Below, piece by piece: positions 60,674-64,000 of a DNA stretch of 64,000 nucleotides (position 1 is the first letter of the stretch; each line of letters opens with the position of its first letter). Made by a program: the position numbers and the translations under genes. The stretch is from contig NC_086101.1 in the NCBI RefSeq assembly GCF_963921235.1, forward strand, positions 992,001-1,056,000, in the 5' to 3' direction. Source of the stretch: Mobula hypostoma (lineage: Eukaryota). Under the pieces are notes generated by a model. It was not told where the DNA came from. It did not search any database and worked only from the letters and a program-made list of their open reading frames with translations.

Positions 60674-61044
60674 GTGTTTAGATTTCCCAGGCAACATATA
60701 CAAATGACCACAACCTACTGCTTTGTTGATCTCAGGGTCCCTTGTCCCATGGTCACTAAAACTGTGGTTTCAGCCTACACTTCGTACACTATGTCACAAT
60801 TCAGCCACTGTGCAACCGCTATCTTATACAGGGCGATGGACAGGGACTGAATTACATTCTCACCGTCCCAGTCATCATCGGAACGAATATTGACAGACTG
60901 CCCGTCTTAAGCTATGAATGAATTTTCAAACAGCTTTCGTCTCGTTTGACTTTTTCCTTACCATAAATATATTAATAATGGAAACTTTTCCATTTAGATC
61001 TGAACGGTATATGTCAATGCGGAAGTGAGGCGATGCATACAGGA

Positions 61045-61233
61045 ACGCTCACAACACGCTGGAGGAACTCATCAGGTCGGGCAGTATCCGTGGAAAAGAT
61101 CGGTCGACTTTTTGGGTTCCGGCCCGAAACGGCGACTGATCCTTTTCACGGATGCTGCCCGACCTGCTGAGTTCCTCCAGCGTGTTGTGAGTGTTGCTTT
61201 GACCCCAGCATCTGCAGATTATTTTGTGTTTAT
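61045..61233. mobile_element. Palindromic Penelope-like mini-insertion with the hammerhead core partly deleted
   Basis: ctcacaacacgctggaggaactca is mirrored by tgagttcctccagcgtgttgtgag; TSD gatgcatacagga / gatacatacagga. Confidence 0.8.
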
Positions 61234-61929
61234 GATACATACAGGAGGTCTAAGCAAGGTTCAACAAATAGTGGAATGTCGAAACTTTGGACGTGCAGAG
61301 GAACCTGGAAAGCATGTAGGTAGATCTTGAAAGACAGGGTCTCAGTTCGATTGATCATTTAACAGATGGATGGAGACTTGCCGAAAGGTGCTGAATGCCA
61401 GAGCAGATGGCTCTGCTGGAACTATTGAAGCATAAGTTGGGCCACATATGAAGCGCTGTGTAAAGTCCTGGTCATTACACCACAGGGACCTGCAGACACA
61501 CCGACATTAACATGAGGAAGAGGAGTTTCCACTCCGCAGTGCAAGTGCCCTTCTCCATTCAATATTAGACATTGTTGTCTAGAACTCCAAATCCATATCC
61601 CCATCTACCTACGGAAAACGTCAAACTTTTATTTGTCAAGTAGCCACCAAGTATGAAAGATATTCAAATCTACGCTCCCATCCACCTCACAGGGAAAACA
61701 AAAGTTGCAAAGACACATGAATGCTCAAGAAATCACCCTGAAAGCGCGAACCACGGGGCTTAATGACAACACGATAACACAGTATCATGGACTCGGGCTC
61801 ACAACCTACTGCCTAGTGGGCTTACACCTTATGATTTACCTTTTTTCTGCAGTTGCTCTATTTTATTCTGCATTTTGTTATTGTTTAACTTGCACTTCCA
61901 CAATGCACAAGATATAATTAAACAGCATT

Positions 61930-64000
61930 TTTCTGGTCGTTTCTTCGGCAGTTTGAACGGGGCACTACTGCGCAAGCGCCTGAAGGTCGGCCTGTGAGAC
62001 AGCGGGAGACTTTAAAAAGGGAGCACATTAACGGAGCGGGCGACGGAGCAGTGGGAGACAGAGTAGGAAGGCTTTGGCTTGAGAGGCCTCGGCGAGCAGA
62101 GGCTGAGGACGAACTTGCTCCCAGTGAGATAAGGCCGGGTAAGTTCCTTTAATTAATCTAATTACCTTAGGAGTAGGTAATGGAGGCAACAACTAGGTCA
62201 ATCGAGTGCTCCATTTGCAGTATGTGGGAAGTCAGGGGCAGCACCATCGTCCCTGATGACTACACCTGTAAAAGGTGCATCCAGCTGCAGCTCCTGACAA
62301 ACCGAGTTAGGGAACTGGAGCTGGAGCTGGATGAACTTCGGATCATTCAGGAGGCAGAGGCAGAAATAAACAAGAGTTACAGGGAGATAGTCACCCTAAG
62401 AGTCAGGAGACAGGTAGCTGGGTGACTGTCAGGAGAGGGAAGGGGAATAGACAGAATGAGCAGAGCACCCCTGTGGCCGTTCCCACCAATAATAAGTATA
62501 TCGTTTTGGATACTGTTGATGGGGACGACCTACCAGGGACAAGTTGCAGTGGTTGCGTCTCTGGCACCGAGACTGGATCTTCAGCTCAGAAGAGAAGGAG
62601 GGAAAAGAGGAGAGCAGTAGTGACAGGGGATTCGATAGTTAGGGGGACAGATAAGAGGTTCTGTGGGAGAGATCAAGAATCCCGGATGGTCTGTTGCCTC
62701 CCTGGTGCCAGTGTCCACGATATCTCGGATCGAATTCTCGGTATTCTCAGGAAGGAGGGTGAGCAGCCGGATGTCATCGTCCATGTTGGGACCAATAACA
62801 TGGGTAGGAAGGAGGAGGAGGTCCTGCAAAGAGAGTTTAAGGAATTAGGTGTAAAGTTCAAATACAGGACCACCAGGGTAACAATCTCAGGATTGCTACC
62901 CGTGCCACATGCTCGTGAGGCTAGAAATAGGAAGATAATGCAGCTAAATACGTGGCTAAGGAGTTGGTGCAGGAGGGAGGGCTTCATGTTTCTGGACAAT
63001 TGGGCCTTGTTCCAGGGAAGGTGGGACCTGTTCCGACAGGACAGGTTGCACCTGAATTGGAGGGGGACTAACATCCTTGCGGGAAGGTTTGCTAGTGCTG
63101 CTCCAGGGGGGTTTAAACTAGATTTGCAGGGGGAGGGGAACCAGAGTGTTAGAGCAGATAGTGAGGTGGAGGAGGATAAAGGTCATGCGAGAACTGCAAG
63201 AAAAGTGCATGAAGAAAGCCAGGTCTAACATATAGAGAGGCTTTAAGGAGAGAGAAGCAGAATAAACGGTGTAAAGACAGTAAGGTAGAAGGGCTAAAGT
63301 GTGTGTACCTCAATGCAAGAAGCATCAGGAACAAAGGTGATGAACTGAGAGCTTGGATACATACATGGAATTATGATGTAGTGGCCATTACAGAGACTTG
63401 GCTGGCACCAGGGCAGGAATGGATTCTCAATATTCCTGGATTTCACTGCTTTAAAATGGATAGAGAAGGGGGGAAAAGGGGAGGAAGGGGGCATTACTGG
63501 TCAGGGATACTATTACAGCTACAGAAAGGGTGGGTAATGTAGTAGGATCATCGTTTGAGTCAGTATGGGTGGAAGTCAGGAACAGGAAGGGAGCAGTTAC
63601 TCTATTGGGGGTATTCTATAGGCCCCCTGGTAGCAGCAGAGATATAGAGGAGCAGATTGGGACGCAGATTTTGGAAAGGTGCAAAAATAACAGGGTTGTT
63701 ATCATGGGTGACTTTAACTTCCCTAATATTGATTGGCACCTGATTAGTTCCAAGGGTTTAGATGGGGCAGAGTTTGTTAAGTGTGTCCAGGACGGATTCC
63801 TGTCACAGCATGTGGACAGGCCGACCGGGGGGATGCCATACTAGATCTAGTACTAGGTAATGAACCGGGTCAAGTCTCAGATCTCTCAGTGGGTGAGCAT
63901 CTGGGGGACAGTGACCACCGCTCCCTGGCCTTTAGCATTATCATGGAAAACGATAGAATCAGGAAAGACAGGAAAATTTTTAATTGGGGAAGGACAAATT
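61930..64000 (+). mobile_element. 5' half of a CR1 (family A): 5' UTR, ORF1 (zinc finger, leucine zipper, SGNH esterase) and ORF2 endonuclease; frameshifted
   Basis: ORF 62180 (CSICSMW...CKRC, ELELELDELR), ORF 62422 (GDSIVR, HVGTN, DRLHLN), ORFs 63303 and 63530 (APE motifs). Confidence 0.94.

Overview
Vertebrate genomic DNA, most likely from a cartilaginous fish such as a ray or shark. That assignment is inferred from the CR1-dominated repeats, a V-SINE, an A33/RFP-type TRIM and a GPR139-like receptor. Most of the window is nested retroelements: several CR1 LINE families (one copy with an intact 1010-aa ORF2), L1 and Tx1 fragments, a 5'-inverted L1, a decayed Gmr1-type Gypsy element (integrase before RT, SCAN-like gag), solo LTRs, Rex1 fragments, and Penelope-like insertions carrying minimal hammerhead ribozyme motifs. 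Host genes: an intact six-exon RING/B-box/coiled-coil/PRY-SPRY TRIM gene (18728-37949, about 497 aa), the main exon of a GPR139-like GPCR (44517-45415), and possibly a decayed Ig-superfamily remnant. Most notable observations: (1) an in-frame U_UUA_AAC slippery heptamer at the CR1 ORF1/ORF2 junction with no usable ORF2 AUG, suggesting -1 ribosomal frameshifting; (2) a composite insertion at 933-7818 that looks like a CR1 3' transduction or template-switch product of the locus 49.4 kb away; (3) palindromic hammerhead-bearing Penelope mini-insertions; (4) in-frame duplications in the TRIM RING and SPRY loops. All comparisons were made by eye and repeat boundaries are approximate.
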